Assembly (NCBI RefSeq): GCF_009834535.1
Contig: NC_045696.1
Location: 77,254,001-77,318,000, forward strand
Direction of reading: 5' to 3'
Source: Camelus ferus
Taxonomy: Eukaryota
Length of the DNA: 64,000 nt
In this document: positions 26,420 to 38,857 of the stretch, in pieces
Position numbering within the stretch: the first letter of the stretch is position 1
Layout of the letters: each line of letters opens with the position of its first letter
Notes under the pieces: generated by a model
Seen by the model: only the letters and a program-made list of their open reading frames with translations
What the model was told of the DNA's origin: nothing
Database searches by the model: none
Translations under genes and position numbers: made by a program

Positions 26420-28759
26420 TGACAATACTGTGAGGCTGCAATTGTTACCTGTACTTTCTCAAGAAATGTCTGCTATTCTTAGGCAAATTCCATACACATG
26501 TGCTTCAATTTTAGAATATAGGGATATAGATACACACACATATATAGACATGTCATATGCATGTATACATGGTAGGCAGTTATTATTTAAGGAACAAACA
26601 GTACTCATCTCCAGACTCTGTAGATTCAGTTCCCTCAGTGATTTTAAATGGAGATTGACTAACAAAACATTGAATGTTTTGCAACTAGTTTTTTTTTTTA
26701 ATATTTCAAACAACTGTATTATTCTATCAAATGATGCTATTTTTTGGTTGGAGAATCAGTTTTGGGGGGGCTCCCTTGTGTGCCTTGAAATTTGTCAATC
26801 TTTCCCACCCTGAAAATTGAAGTCAGTGTATTTAGTAAGAGCCGTAAGTATCGCATTCTGTTCTGTAATTACATGGATACATGAATTGCATTGATTTACT
26901 CAGTTCTACTTAGCATTGAACCAAAAATAATTATCTAAGATTATTTTCACTGAAAGAAAATCGTCTTACTGTGAAAAGTACAAAAATGTGTTCAAAATGA
27001 TGGATGTGAAAAAAATCTGAAAGATGGGAAAACAAGAATAGAGAAATTCTTGAGTCAGGTGAATATGGCAAGTGAAAATCATGAGATCCTGACCACTTGC
27101 TGAAGTAAAGGTCACAGTTCAGCAGGAAATGTATCAGTCAACACTAAAAGAGAGACACTGATTGATTTAACAGATATTCATTGAGACAGTTTTGGATTCT
27201 GGCAACATAGCAGGCAACAAAGCAGTATCCTAACAGAGCTTATGTTTAAAGGGGGAGACTGCCATCCATTTACAAAGACCCACTGCTGTAAAAAGAAAAT
27301 CAGGCTTTAGGAAGTCATCAACTACCCCATTCTCTATGATGTAAAAACTTAGAATAAGCTGATCAAGCTTGGAGCTTCTTGAACTTTATTTCACCAGATG
27401 ATAATCTTAGATAAAACAGAAGTCCATGACTAGATCTGAAAACTATTTTGTCAGCTGGGGTCTATAAGATGAACATAACACTGCTTATGTTCTCATTCCT
27501 ATGCTTCCCTTTTCCTGCCCAATTGCCATCCCATGACTTCATACAATCTACCATTTTTTTCCTCCTTGGATTTATCCAACTAGTGCAAGACAGATTTTAA
27601 CAAAATGTTACATGCAGCATTTCTATTAAAACTTGAAAGGATACAAGAAACGAACTTAAGTTTATAATTCAAAATTAGGGATATAAATATGTTCTAGGTT
27701 TTTCTAATGGTAATCATTAAACCAACTAAAAACAAAAGCTGTTAACAATGGCTGCCTAAAAATTACTGTTTATTTGAGAGAGAGCTTTATCATCTTTCTG
27801 ATCTTCTATACCATTTGAAAAAGAAAATCTTATCCATGCAGAACTTCTAAAATATTAAACAAACAAACAAAAAATAACTGAACTGAATAGGTGTTGAATT
27901 TTTACATTTTAAGCACCAAGAAAACATAATAGAGGGGAAAAACACTGCATAATATAATGCCAAATACTTTAATATTTAAAGTCATCATTATCATCATTAA
28001 TGTTATAATAAAGAAGAAAATGATGAAGGCTTCTAATTTTTAACTCCTTACTCTGAGCCAGGGACTGTAAAGAGCACATATTGGCCCTATTTACATATTT
28101 TATTCAGTCTTTCCCTCACCCAAATATGGAATTAATACCCCTGTTGTAGAGACAGAAGGACTTGAAGACTATTTTTCAAAGTAGTTGGTAAACTGTGTGA
28201 AAACTCAAAGATACTAGTATACAGTTGCCACTATGTAATTCACAATTTCCAAAAGGAAAAAAAAAATCTATGCCTCAGGAGAAATCACATTGATGCTTAA
28301 ACTTGTGGGGACTTACAGCAGAGAGAAATTTCACTTATAGGTCATTATAAAAAGGACAGTATGTCCTAGCACCCTTGCTGTAAATAAGATAAATTTCCCA
28401 GAGCTGTTTCTTACTTTTTAGAAAATCTTTATTGTAAAAACGAAAACAAACAAAACAGAAATGTATTGAAAACGAACATTTTTCCCTTCTTCCTTCTTAA
28501 CCTCTCTTCCCACAATTCCCACCCTTTAAAGGTGACCGCTTTCTTCACTCTGCCTGCTTGGCAGAACGTCCTTCCAGCTGTGCCTTTATATTATTTAAAC
28601 AACTTGATATTTTTTACAAGCTATGCAGTAAAAGAAATTCCATGAGTCTCATCCAAGTGTGGAGTTCTCTGATGTAGTCCACCTTAACACAAAGATAATT
28701 GTTAAACTGTGGCTACAATGACTTAATTTCGTATCTTTTGGACAATGCTCCAGAAATAT

Positions 28760-29100
28760 TTCATCAATCAGTCAAATAATGTTTAGGAATACATATATGA
28801 TGTGACATATTGGGATCTCTAGGTTCTATTTTTGCATTGTGTTGAAATATTCATGAATTAATTTAGTTCATAGTTAAATAAAAGCAGTACTGGCCAGGAT
28901 TGATAAGTACACAGAAAGAGCAGTGGCTAAGTGCCAGTGCCCAAGGAGTTCAGAGGAGAGAGAGATCTGTTCTTGTTGATGGGGTCAGAGATTAATGGAG
29001 AAGATGGTGAAATACAAACTGAGTTGCATTCACTGGGAGGATTTTGGCATGTGGAGGGATAATTCTAGGAAGGGAGGAGAATGTCCTGCTGAGAAAAAGA
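28760..29100 (-). mobile_element. L2 fragment
   Basis: catcaatcagtcaaataatgtttagg...ggagttcagaggagagagagatc...attctaggaagggagg. Confidence 0.55.
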
Positions 29101-29230
29101 AGAAAACAAAGGAAGATGAGGTGAAGGGAAGAAATTAAAAGGGGAAAAGGAAGACAAGTGGGGGTTGAGAAAGAATTGCTAATGAGACCTTTAGATACTT
29201 CGAACACCTTTGCTGGGACAGTGTTTTAAA

Positions 29231-29259
29231 TAATAATACTAATAACATTATTATTATTA

Positions 29260-29295
<36 letters not shown>
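29231..29295. repeat. (AAT/ATT)n plus T29 homopolymer
   Basis: T run at 29267-29295; a second T23 run lies at 29404-29426. Confidence 0.9.
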
Positions 29296-29444
29296 GTGGT
29301 GGTCCAGGGAGTTCCTGGATGTGCCTGAGAAACCTGAAAGGGGAGGACTGCAAATACGCTGAGCCACTGTCTGGGCTTCAATCAGAAAAGCTTACCTATA
29401 TTCTTTTTTTTTTTTTTTTTTTTTTTCCTTTTTGGCAGGAATAG

Positions 29445-29800
29445 GGAGCTCCAGTTTAAAGTGATAGAAATCCTACTTCAATTTAAGGGAAGAAAAAGGA
29501 TGATTTGCCATCTATGAGACTATAGGAAGGGCAGCATTGCAGCTGGGCTTCAGGGAATTAAACCAAGGCTTGGAACATTGCTACTAGAACATAGCATTTC
29601 TTCTGCTTCATGCGTCTCCTAGTGACAGGTGACACACGATTGCTTCATGTTTTTCAGATAGTTCCCATCAGATAGACATGGCTGCTGGTAGCTGCTGTAT
29701 CCTGTATCTCATAGCACCACCAAGGTCCTTTTTAAACATCCCAGGAAAATTTTTTTTCCGGGTCAGGTGTCTGCCCCTGGACCAATTAAATGGGACCAGA
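29445..29800 (-). mobile_element. MaLR LTR, MLT1K/L-like
   Basis: aagtgatagaaatcctacttcaa...gctgggcttcagg...acatggctgctggtagc. Confidence 0.55.
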
Positions 29801-30279
29801 GAAGAGCAGAGTATGAAAGAAAGTGCCTCATCTTTTTCTGTTCTCATCCTCACTCAACCCACTCTATCTACACTGAAATCCTCTCTGTCCTTCAAATTGC
29901 CAAGCACGCTTCCACCTTTGGGTTGGCATTAGTGTGTCTCTCTGCCTGCAATATTAGACACTCTAAGAAATAAGAGAATGATGTAGTTGAAGATTTATGA
30001 TGCTCTATGGGTTTGAACCATGTGTCTGTCAGCTGGGTTGTGATTGAGTTAGAGAAATCATTATATTATAGCCTACTAAAAGTAATAGTATTTCATATTG
30101 TCCTCTTGTTTAGACTTCTTCAGATTGCTAAATTGGCAGAACACCTATTGAAGGGCTTTGACCTATTAGAGGGCTGCATTAGATTCTACCATTACTATAT
30201 AATTTGCTTTTATATGCTTTTATTTGCTTTTAATGCTTTTTAGTTGATATGTTAGCTTTGTGATATTTTTTATGTAATA

Positions 30280-30960
30280 AATATGTGCCTGATTTATAAT
30301 GGTGACTGTTCTAGGTCTTAGGGTTTCAGAGGTGAATAAGGCTGGGGGAGGGAGGGACAAAGCATATATAATCGACAAACATACAAAAAAATACTAAATA
30401 GTGATAAGAACTATGAGAATGGGGTGATAAGATGGCAAATGATTGGTAGCGCTCGCAGATTGTGTTGTTAGGGAAGACTTCTCGGAGGTTTTTGAAAACT
30501 GAATGACCAGAAAGAGCTGCTTTGTGGCAATGAGGAAAAAACGTTCTAGACAAAGGAACATTTAGCACAAAGGTGCCAGAGAGGGTTGAATATTCATTCA
30601 TTCATGGGTCCATTCTACAAATACTTATTGAATCTTACTGTGTGCCTAAGACATAGCCTAGTGTTTTAGGCATTAGTACTCAACAGTGAACAATAGAATG
30701 ATCTCTGACTTTACAACACCTGCATCTCAGAGATGGAGGCAGATTATAAACAATAAGCATAATAAATATGTTATATTTCATGTCTGAGGTTAATAACTGC
30801 TATAAACATAGTGCATGGTAAGGATGGATTGAAGTGCAGGTGGCAGGGTGTGTGGGTAGGGCCGATATCAGGTAGGCCAGTGAAGGGAGCTCGTGGAAAA
30901 GGTTTTTGAACGAAGACTTATAAATGGTAAGGATGTTGAGTATTTCATGAGCTATTGAGA
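30280..30960 (-). mobile_element. Two adjacent L2 3' fragments
   Basis: cattcattca...caaatacttattgaatcttactgtgtgcc...cagtgaacaa at about 30595; ggaaaaaacgttctagacaaagga at about 30535. Confidence 0.75.
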
Positions 30961-31777
30961 ATCTATGGGAAATCTGGGGACAAGGACCCAGCTCAGGACA
31001 TAGATAAGAACCAAGTGACAGCAGACAGCAGAAACAGTCTAGCCTATGAACAGTTTTGCTGCTAAGAAGGCCACTGATTGCAATGCCACCATTGTTGAAT
31101 TTTTGCCCTGACGCTATAGTTAGACACTCAGTACTGTGTCATGAATGTTTGCCCAGCCCTCTCTGTATTTTCCCACCATTTCTACTAGATTTGAAATTTC
31201 CAGAGAGGAGTGAAATTTTCACGTAGGTTGGGTCTCAGGCTTTTCCTCACCATAGATGGGACAAGAGAAGTAGGTGAATTCTTTGACTGTCACAGTGGGA
31301 TTCAGGAGCGTGCTTTCTGCGGAGCCTCACAAGACAGGAAATTTCCCCAAAAGGAATCATCTTCAGACTTTGGATAGCGGATAAAATGACAGATATCAGC
31401 TAAAATCCTTTTCGTATTATACTATTTCAACTCCTTAAATATAGCAGGAAGAGTAAAAAAGCACAATCAAATTGAAATTGTTAAAATCAGACTTATATAT
31501 CAATTGTGGTATTAACATTTATCCTAATATTCACAATGTTTTGCCTCATTTAATTTTGATATTCAATAATTAAATTATGCTCTATTTTAGCAAAATCTGT
31601 TACCCATTTAACACTATTTTTATTTTCATAAAACACTATAAAAACTTGTCTTAAAAAAAAACTACCTGATTTTCAATTTTCAGCTTAAAAAACCCCCTCT
31701 GAAATATCTGACCTCCTAAAGCATAATTCAGAAACGTAAATCACAAAGCATATTATTATTTTCCCTGTATTGTACTA

Positions 31778-32038
31778 TCAAGTTTCTCTTGGTCTTGAGA
31801 GATTCATTAGCTTCCCAAAGTCTATACTGTTATGCTTTCCACTGGAGACTCTCAGATTACAGTAATCAGAGTTCGTTGCCAACTCTTTTCTGATAACTTC
31901 CCGAAGACTATCTGAAAGCCCATTAACATTCAGCGCATTGAACTGCTTCAGGGTTTGCAACTGCATTGGAGAAACAGAGAACAACTTATACAATTCCTCT
32001 GGGGTGTGTACAAATCTCTTTAACTCCTGATGTGTATG
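31778..32038 (-). CDS. Candidate terminal coding exon of an unidentified gene (HTHQELKRFVHTPEELYKLF...LSRPRET*)
   Basis: Open frame of 86 codons plus TGA after a possible acceptor ttattagcacag; protein-like composition; not in a recognisable repeat; AATAAA at 31619-31624 on the minus strand. Confidence 0.35.
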   Translation of the reverse strand, partial: HTHQELKRFVHTPEELYKLFSVSPMQLQTLKQFNALNVNGLSDSLREVIRKELATNSDYCNLRVSSGKHNSIDFGKLMNLSRPRET

Positions 32039-33281
32039 CTGTGCTAATAACCAAAACCGTACAGATGGAGCAATTGTATAAGGAAGAGAATATTAATCTT
32101 TTTCTTTTCTAAACATTTCTCCCACTACCACACTTTACAATAAATACATAACCTTTTTGCCTGATACTTCACAGATAGGGGTACTTTTTCCTTATTTTCT
32201 TGAAGATATGTCTTATGAATTATTTAACAGTCCATAATATTTTGACCTGTGTCCTCTTTTCTTTGGTTCTATTTGTCAGTGCGCATCTTCTCCACTATTT
32301 GCTGTGTGTCTTCTGTGTATAAGATGCCAAGAGTTAGCAGCTCTTCTGCCTCACAGATGCCCCAGGGCAGTAGCCAGATGGCCTTGGACATGGACCTTCG
32401 TATTTCTGATGTCTTTTGCTTGGTTGCTTCTCCCATTTTCTAATCCTTGACTCTTTTAACAGTAGCTATTTGTTTCTCTCCTGCTTAGCTCCCAGGTTAA
32501 ATTTGTCTTCCCAGTGTCACTGCCTCTTTGATAATGCACTAAAGGTTTTCCATTACACTCAGTTTTCCACTCTGGTCCCAGACTTGACTACCCAGCCACA
32601 CTGTTCACCACCAGAATTATTCACAAACGATTGTCCTGTTTATCCTCCCTAAGGAATCTGTACACCACCTCCTTTCCCTACTCAAGAGTAAACTTTAATA
32701 TTATTAATCCACTGGGAAAATGGAAGCAAATTCTCCCTTTTCACATATATTACAGTTTCATATTTTCATGAATTGACTGGAAGTTTCCTGATAAATAATG
32801 AGATCATAAATTCCCCCAGATTTGGAAGTTTAGTTTCCTCTATTATTATTTAGCAAAATGAATATTTATATAAAACTGTGAAGTGACGCAAGAACTGTAT
32901 TTGGCGAGTCATAAATTTATGAAATTAAGAGTATGGAACATAAAAAGAATAAAATCTTCCTGACTCCTGCCACATTCTCAATAAGGCAGAAATGACTGAA
33001 GTAGACTCCAAACCTACCCAGGATCTTTGCACTTACAGCTGCAATGTGCTTTCCTTTATTTAATAATAATTTTGAATTTAACTACATAAATTTCATCCAC
33101 CATATAACTTGATTTACACTGTCTTAATTTTAACAATTTCCCTCTAAGATAAATGAGTTATTCTTGCTGTGCACAAATTTGTAGCATGCTTAGTTCTTCT
33201 GTTGTCAAATGTCAAACCAATATTTTATGGATGGATGACACACCTGAGGGAAATAGAAAAAAAAAATGTTCTTTCTAGGAA

Positions 33282-33765
33282 GATTAGCCAATTTTAGGAA
33301 AATTTGCTATTTAACAAACCACCTAAAATTCAGTGGCTTAAGACAGCAAACACTGATTATTTTTCACAAGCAATCAGCTCAACTGAGGACCAGCTGAACC
33401 AGGCTGCCTTTCATTTGGTAACTGTGTGATTCCAGCTCAGTTCTAAAGGTCAGCAGATTTAGACCAGCATGGCTAGGTTTGGCTTAGCCTTGTGTCTCTT
33501 ACCCTTCTCACCAGACCAGGCATTAACTGGGGGGCACTCCTCTCCTGATAACAGCAGAAGTGCAAGAAATGGAGGCATTTTACAAGTCTCTTCTTGGATC
33601 ATGGCTGCTGAAATCCCATTGACAAAGCAAGCTGTATGGCCAATCCAAGAGTCCGGGGTGGAGAAAAAGCCCCACTTACAGTGAAAGCCACAGCAGAGTT
33701 ACTTGACAAATGGAGTCCATAGAGGAAGAAATAAAGAATTGGGGCCATTACAGAAATCTAGCACA
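33282..33765 (-). mobile_element. MaLR solo LTR, MLT1G/H-like
   Basis: taacaaaccacctaaaattcagtggcttaagaca...atcccattgacaaagcaag...aagaattggggccatt...atctagcaca. Confidence 0.8.
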
Positions 33766-34289
33766 CCATGTATAATGGTTGAAAAATGTATATATAAATC
33801 TCTCTCCAGATATACCTACTTGCCTATCTATAACTTATCAGCTAAGTGTTTATAGTAAATATAAAACTTTAATATGTTGAAAAATTATTTGTATTGGTTT
33901 TTATGAAAGTGAGATGAACCATGGATCATAGAAATTAATTCCACTCATTAGCAATTAGGGTAAATCTCAAGGGGAAACACATCTTCTAAGCTACTCACCA
34001 AATGTTTCCATTCCAGTCCTTCTGCAATATAACTAAATGCCAGCCCTTAGATAACTATCCTGTGGGCAGACAGGAACTGGCAAGCAGAACAAATGGGTAA
34101 ACAGCAATAATCGAAGGGTTCTGTCTGAGCTGTTTAAATTACATCACTGCATAGCTCGGTGTTTCTTTATGTAAATTGCGAATGTGACTGTCATTTTTAA
34201 CTCTAACAATCCCCATTCCCATTTTTCTTATCTATCAGGCATGCAAAGGAAAGCACTATAGAAAAATTAACCTTTGTAAGACTAGTTGC

Positions 34290-34480
34290 CATTTCTTGTG
34301 TCAAGGTATTTTGCAAGTCTTTTTAGATTATCCCTATTCCTTCCACAAAACAGCAGGGTAGATATTATTAGTGTTACTTTACAGAGATGATACTAAGACG
34401 TGAGAGTTTAAGAAACTTGCCCAGAGTACTAGATAGCAATAATGAGAACAGAATTTCTACTTAATATAGTCTAATTCAAG
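34290..34480 (-). mobile_element. MIR SINE
   Basis: gtagatattattagtgttactttacagagatgatactaagacgtgagagtttaagaaacttgcccagag. Confidence 0.7.
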
Positions 34481-34789
34481 TGTATGTGCTTAGGTAACAT
34501 TGGTTTTATTTTTAATATAATGAGTATCCATATTGAACCAGTTAGTAGAAATAGAATGAGGTCCATGGCTGTTGCTCCATCATGAGGGCAAGAAGAAGTA
34601 TGTTTGTTATCAGAGTAATCAACTTTTTAAAAAACATCATGCAGATGTCAATTTATTTAAAGACATCTTACCTTAAGATAAGTATATACATATAATGTGT
34701 GTACAAGTGTATGCTGCTATATGATAGACATATTGTATTGCATGCTCCTTAGCAGATTTCCACGTTAGGCACTGCTTTCTCCTGATTGG

Positions 34790-35025
34790 GCTGTGCGAAT
34801 CATGACATTCAGGTTCCCCAGTTTTCCAGACTTCCTTGCAGTCAGGGCTAGCAATATGACCTAATTTTTGCCAATGAAACTCTGTTGGAGAGTGTAAGTT
34901 CTGGCAAAGCTTTTGCGTCCTCTGAAAGTCCCCAAACTATCTCAGTTTTCTAAAGGTACTACTTAGAAGGCCTATCCTCTTCCAGCTTTGAATGCAAAAG
35001 TGATGGCTGAAGCTGTGGCAGTTAA
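34790..35025 (+). mobile_element. MaLR LTR fragment, MLT1J/K-like
   Basis: ttttccagacttccttgcag...atgacctaatttttgccaatg...gtgatggctgaagctgtggcag. Confidence 0.6.
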
Positions 35026-35051
35026 CTCATCCGTCTCATTATAGTCAATAT

Positions 35052-35190
35052 GGGGAGGTAGGGTGTAGCTCAGTGGTAGAGCACTTGCTTAGCATGCACA
35101 GGGTCCTGGATTCAGTCCCCAGTACCTCTGGTAAAAACAATAAATAATAAATAAACCTGACTACCTCCCCCCCATCTCCCCCAAAGTTAA
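35052..35190 (+). mobile_element. tRNA-Ala-derived SINE (camelid vic-1 type)
   Basis: gggtgtagctcagtggtagagcacttgcttagcatgcacagggtcctggattcagtccccagtacctc plus an AAAT tail and C-rich end; direct repeat tcattatagt at 35036-35045 and 35191-35200. Confidence 0.92.
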
Positions 35191-35538
35191 TCATTATAGT
35201 GAGTCTGAGTTAGCAGGAGGTGAAATGTCTTTTGGGGCTCCCTTGCTCAATTTAAATGGTAAATGAACATGTGCCAGCAACGCTAATCTGAAAAGACCAT
35301 GGTGACCAGGAGGTCAGAGCTACAGGCTCATGCCAGCAGGTAAGCCTCCAAGACTAGTAGAGGTACTAGGTGATATTAAGGGGACCTTAGAACCGGCAGT
35401 GGAGAGGGGAGACATGAGCGTCCACTGGCAGTGGCAGAGGCTGCCTTTGTTTAGCTGACCTTCTTCTAAGTTTCCTTGGGAAAATAGTTCCCCCAGGATG
35501 TACATGTAGAGGTGAACCTGCATTAGCAAGAGGTGAAA

Positions 35539-35970
35539 TGCGGTGGGACTCTGCTGTGCCACCTGGATATCCCTTCGGTGGTGCACTTTTTGCCCCAGCT
35601 GCTGAGATTACTGTTGGTAGCCAGCCTTCAGCGAGCAGCTCCTACAGGGATTAGCCTTAGCTGAAGAGAGTCACCTTGCCTGAAGTCACTTTCCTTCACG
35701 AGACGTCCCACATCCAGTGACTGAATGAATTAGGAGTGTAAAACTTTGCTGTCACAGCCCAACTTGGGACAACTCGAAAGAGCTCAAGACCTCACCATGG
35801 GTTAAACGGAGGCTGTTGTCCCAACTTGGTTTCTTGGTCTTGCTCTTTGCGTTCTTCTTTCTTCTCCTCCTCTGCAGGCGTGGATCCCAAAGGCACTCCA
35901 TGGTAAACATCCTAAACACGAGCCTCATGTCAGGGTCTGTTTTCTGGCAATCCAATCCATGGCTAACACA
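35539..35970 (+). mobile_element. ERVL solo LTR, LTR16-like
   Basis: TGcggtggga...ccccagctgctg...cagctcctacagggattagccttagctgaagagag...gggacaactc...taaacatcct...tcagggtctgttttctgg...CA. Confidence 0.8.
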
Positions 35971-38580
35971 GAAACCTCTGCAGAAACACATGCTACAATC
36001 TGTGGCACTCCTGTCTCCACATTTATATGGGGTTAAGAATTATCTTTTCCAAAGAAGCAACAAAAGCTCTTTGTTCTTAGCTTTCTTGAAATGTATACCT
36101 AAATCTGTACAAAAGGGCTTTTTCTCAGTTCACAACTTTGCCTTTTGGGTTGCTTTCTATTTTTGCCTCTGGGGTAATGAGTACATAGTTTTCCATGAAA
36201 AAGCACTTGTCTTCCTCAAAAATGAATTCAATTCACATCCATTATTAAGAATTAACTGCTCAACATTAATTTTGAAATTTTAGTTTGAGATTTAATTTTC
36301 TGCTTTTACACACCTTTTTTAAAAGTTAGGGTTTGGGCATTGCATTAGCTGGGCAAATCTATGCCTAGAGAAAGGAGAGGAATTTGTTAAACCTAACAAG
36401 CACAGTCGATGGCGACCATCTGCCTCATTTAATAACATTACTGGGTTTTTCTTCCCCAGCCTCTATTAATAGTCATTGGGAATAAAAGGTGTGGAACTAA
36501 GCACCTGGAAATGAATTGCATGTGCTTTGATGGAATCACAGTTTCCTAAAATACTTTCTCCATTTTTTAAAAGTAAAATTATTTGCAATTTTTCAGCCTG
36601 TCATGGTTCAGTTAGTACTACAGGGAAAGAGTGTTTTCTTTCTGCTTTTTTTGCTCTGTGGCTAAATTGGTAAATAAAGGGATAACAGTTTACCTCTGGG
36701 ACTAAACCCCAAACAGCAGCAGTGGAGAGAGAAATAAGAGAACCCAGGAAGGGAGGATGAGGCATCTTAAGAGAAATTGGAATTTAATACATAGAAGCAT
36801 CTAAATACTGTAAAGTGTGATAAAAATGTCAGGTGTTAATAATTGAATAATCATCAAAATATGTGACCTTCATAATAATGAAGATTAATAGGTTTTCTGT
36901 CTACCATCAAGTGACAGAATTATTAGCATTTTACAGTTGATAATACAGATGTTCAAATAAGAGGTTATTTTAGATAAAACCAAATTTTGTCCAGTAATAG
37001 TTTATTTCAGTTTATGAAATCTTTGAAAAGAGAAAGAAGCAAGAGGAAAAGAGTATCTTAGCATTGTGTGGCTACCATGTCATCAACTTCAGGATTTATT
37101 TATCATGGTGTCTATCAAAATGTCACTCTTTTTATATCACCTCTTCATAAAGAAGAAATCTGTCATTGTCAGACTTTATTGAAAAAACTATCCATAATTT
37201 TGAGCAAACTAAAATGATTTATTTTACTCAATCCATGTATGTTGAACACAAAGGGAAGAGATTCCTTCAACAAAAAAGAAATGTCTTCATGGGACTGGTA
37301 GGCGCATTCGTATCACTACCATAATTAAGGTTGAATCAAGAAAGGGAAGTTTTATTAGTCTTATGTTATGGATATGAGTATGCAATGTATATTCCAAATA
37401 GTCCTATTTATATATTGCATTTGAATTAATTTGCTTAAAATTTAGCTAAGAAAATGGATAAAAAGAGGGACCAGGCATACACATATAAGAACAGAAGAAC
37501 TGGAAATGTCCAGACAATAGCTGTGACCAGAGGATTTTGCCTTGAGACATGAAAAATAACCATAGAAAATTGAATTCCTCATTGCTTCTAGAAGGAATCT
37601 GAATGGTATGAGTTGAGGAGTGTTAGTGGGTTAAGGTGAGAGGATGTTTAATTATCTCTGCCTTTCCTCTGTGGGTTTGTCTGTTTTTCAATTAATAGAG
37701 AACAGCAGTCTTCCAGATACTCATTTTCACTCAGAAATGTCAACACCATGCCCTACAAGAAATTGGAAATTGAACACTTCCTCAAAGTGATTATTATTGG
37801 CTTGATAAATGTAGAATCTCTTCAAAATATTCAAGTTGGTTTCAGTTAAAAATGAATTTTTCTATGTGATTTGAGTTGAGTTGGTGAGTGGCTTTTGCTG
37901 TTACAGTGTTGTGTGAGCATTGTAATATCATTTAAAGTTGTTTTCAATTTAAGGAAGAAAGGATCATTAATTTGGAATTGTTCTCACTTGAGAAAACTCA
38001 AACTGTTCAAAACAGTATTATTGAATAACAAATCTGAGAATGGCTTCCCCAGATTTAAATCACAACATTCACCACTAGCTTACTAGACATGTAGATCTGG
38101 ACACAAACCAAGTAGGAATTGTCTTGAAATTGGAAAGGAGTTGGATATTGAGGAAGTTTGGAATCAGAGGAAAGGATTTTGGTGACACAATTGTGCTATT
38201 AAGGGTGATGGTTATTATTTTTTTGTTTCTATGATCTTGGCGTGTCTTCACTAAGCTCCTACATAATGTCTTCATAGACTTCTCTAAAAAAATTATTCAT
38301 TATAGAGGCTGAGAAATTTAATCGTTTTTGGCAATAATTTACTTTTGAATGTTCATCTTACAACATTTGTTTTTCTTTCTTTTTTTCTCTTGAACTACTT
38401 GTAATTCAATTCCATGAGAACTCCTTTCAGAGTATTTATTTTTCCATTAGAGGGTTCTTCACTAATGGACTTCAGTGTGGAGAATAGACCATGATAATTT
38501 ATAGGCCATCAGGAATATTCCTTCTGATACAAAATTGAGTGTGAGTGAGTTCTTCTAGCCCTTACAGCTAAAATGATGAC

Positions 38581-38750
38581 AGAATGGCTTTATATAGAAC
38601 GACCTAGAGAGCTTTAAAAAAAATACCAGTGCCTTCCCCATATCCCAGAACAGCTGCCTCTGAATCATTGGTTTGGGATTCTAGCAAATGTCTTTTCAGA
38701 ACTTTCCCAGGTGATCAGAAGCAGAGTGAAAACTGAGAATCACTATTCTA
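38581..38750. mobile_element. hAT-Charlie MITE, MER5A-like
   Basis: acctagagagctttaaaaaaaatacc...ttcccaggtgat...tgagaatcactattcta. Confidence 0.65.
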
Positions 38751-38800
38751 GTTTTGTTTCTCACCAACTAACTAATTGTCAAATAAAGGGCTATTCATAC

Positions 38801-38857
38801 TTCCTGGATAAAACGCTGGCTGTAAACATGGCTCAGTCTTGTTTCTTCTTCTTCAGT
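38801..38857 (-). CDS. Candidate 57-nt internal exon (TEEEETRLSHVYSQRFIQE)
   Basis: Minus strand ctaacagtttattcccag|ACT...GAA|gtatga; only the phase-0 frame is open; purine-rich GAAGAAGAA, which resembles a splicing enhancer. Confidence 0.35.

Noticed and set aside
35060..35130. tRNA-Ala gene
   Set aside because: Degenerate B box, followed by the SINE AT-rich tail and a flanking repeat; it is a SINE head.
35816..36283. 155-aa ORF with a signal-peptide-like start
   Set aside because: Starts at a non-ATG codon inside an LTR16-like element; the hydrophobic run comes from a CT-rich tract.
38084..38281. Minus-strand ORF ending at gtaagc as an extra exon between the candidate exons
   Set aside because: It needs the second AG of an AGAG acceptor to stay in frame, and the peptide has the composition of random AT-rich DNA.
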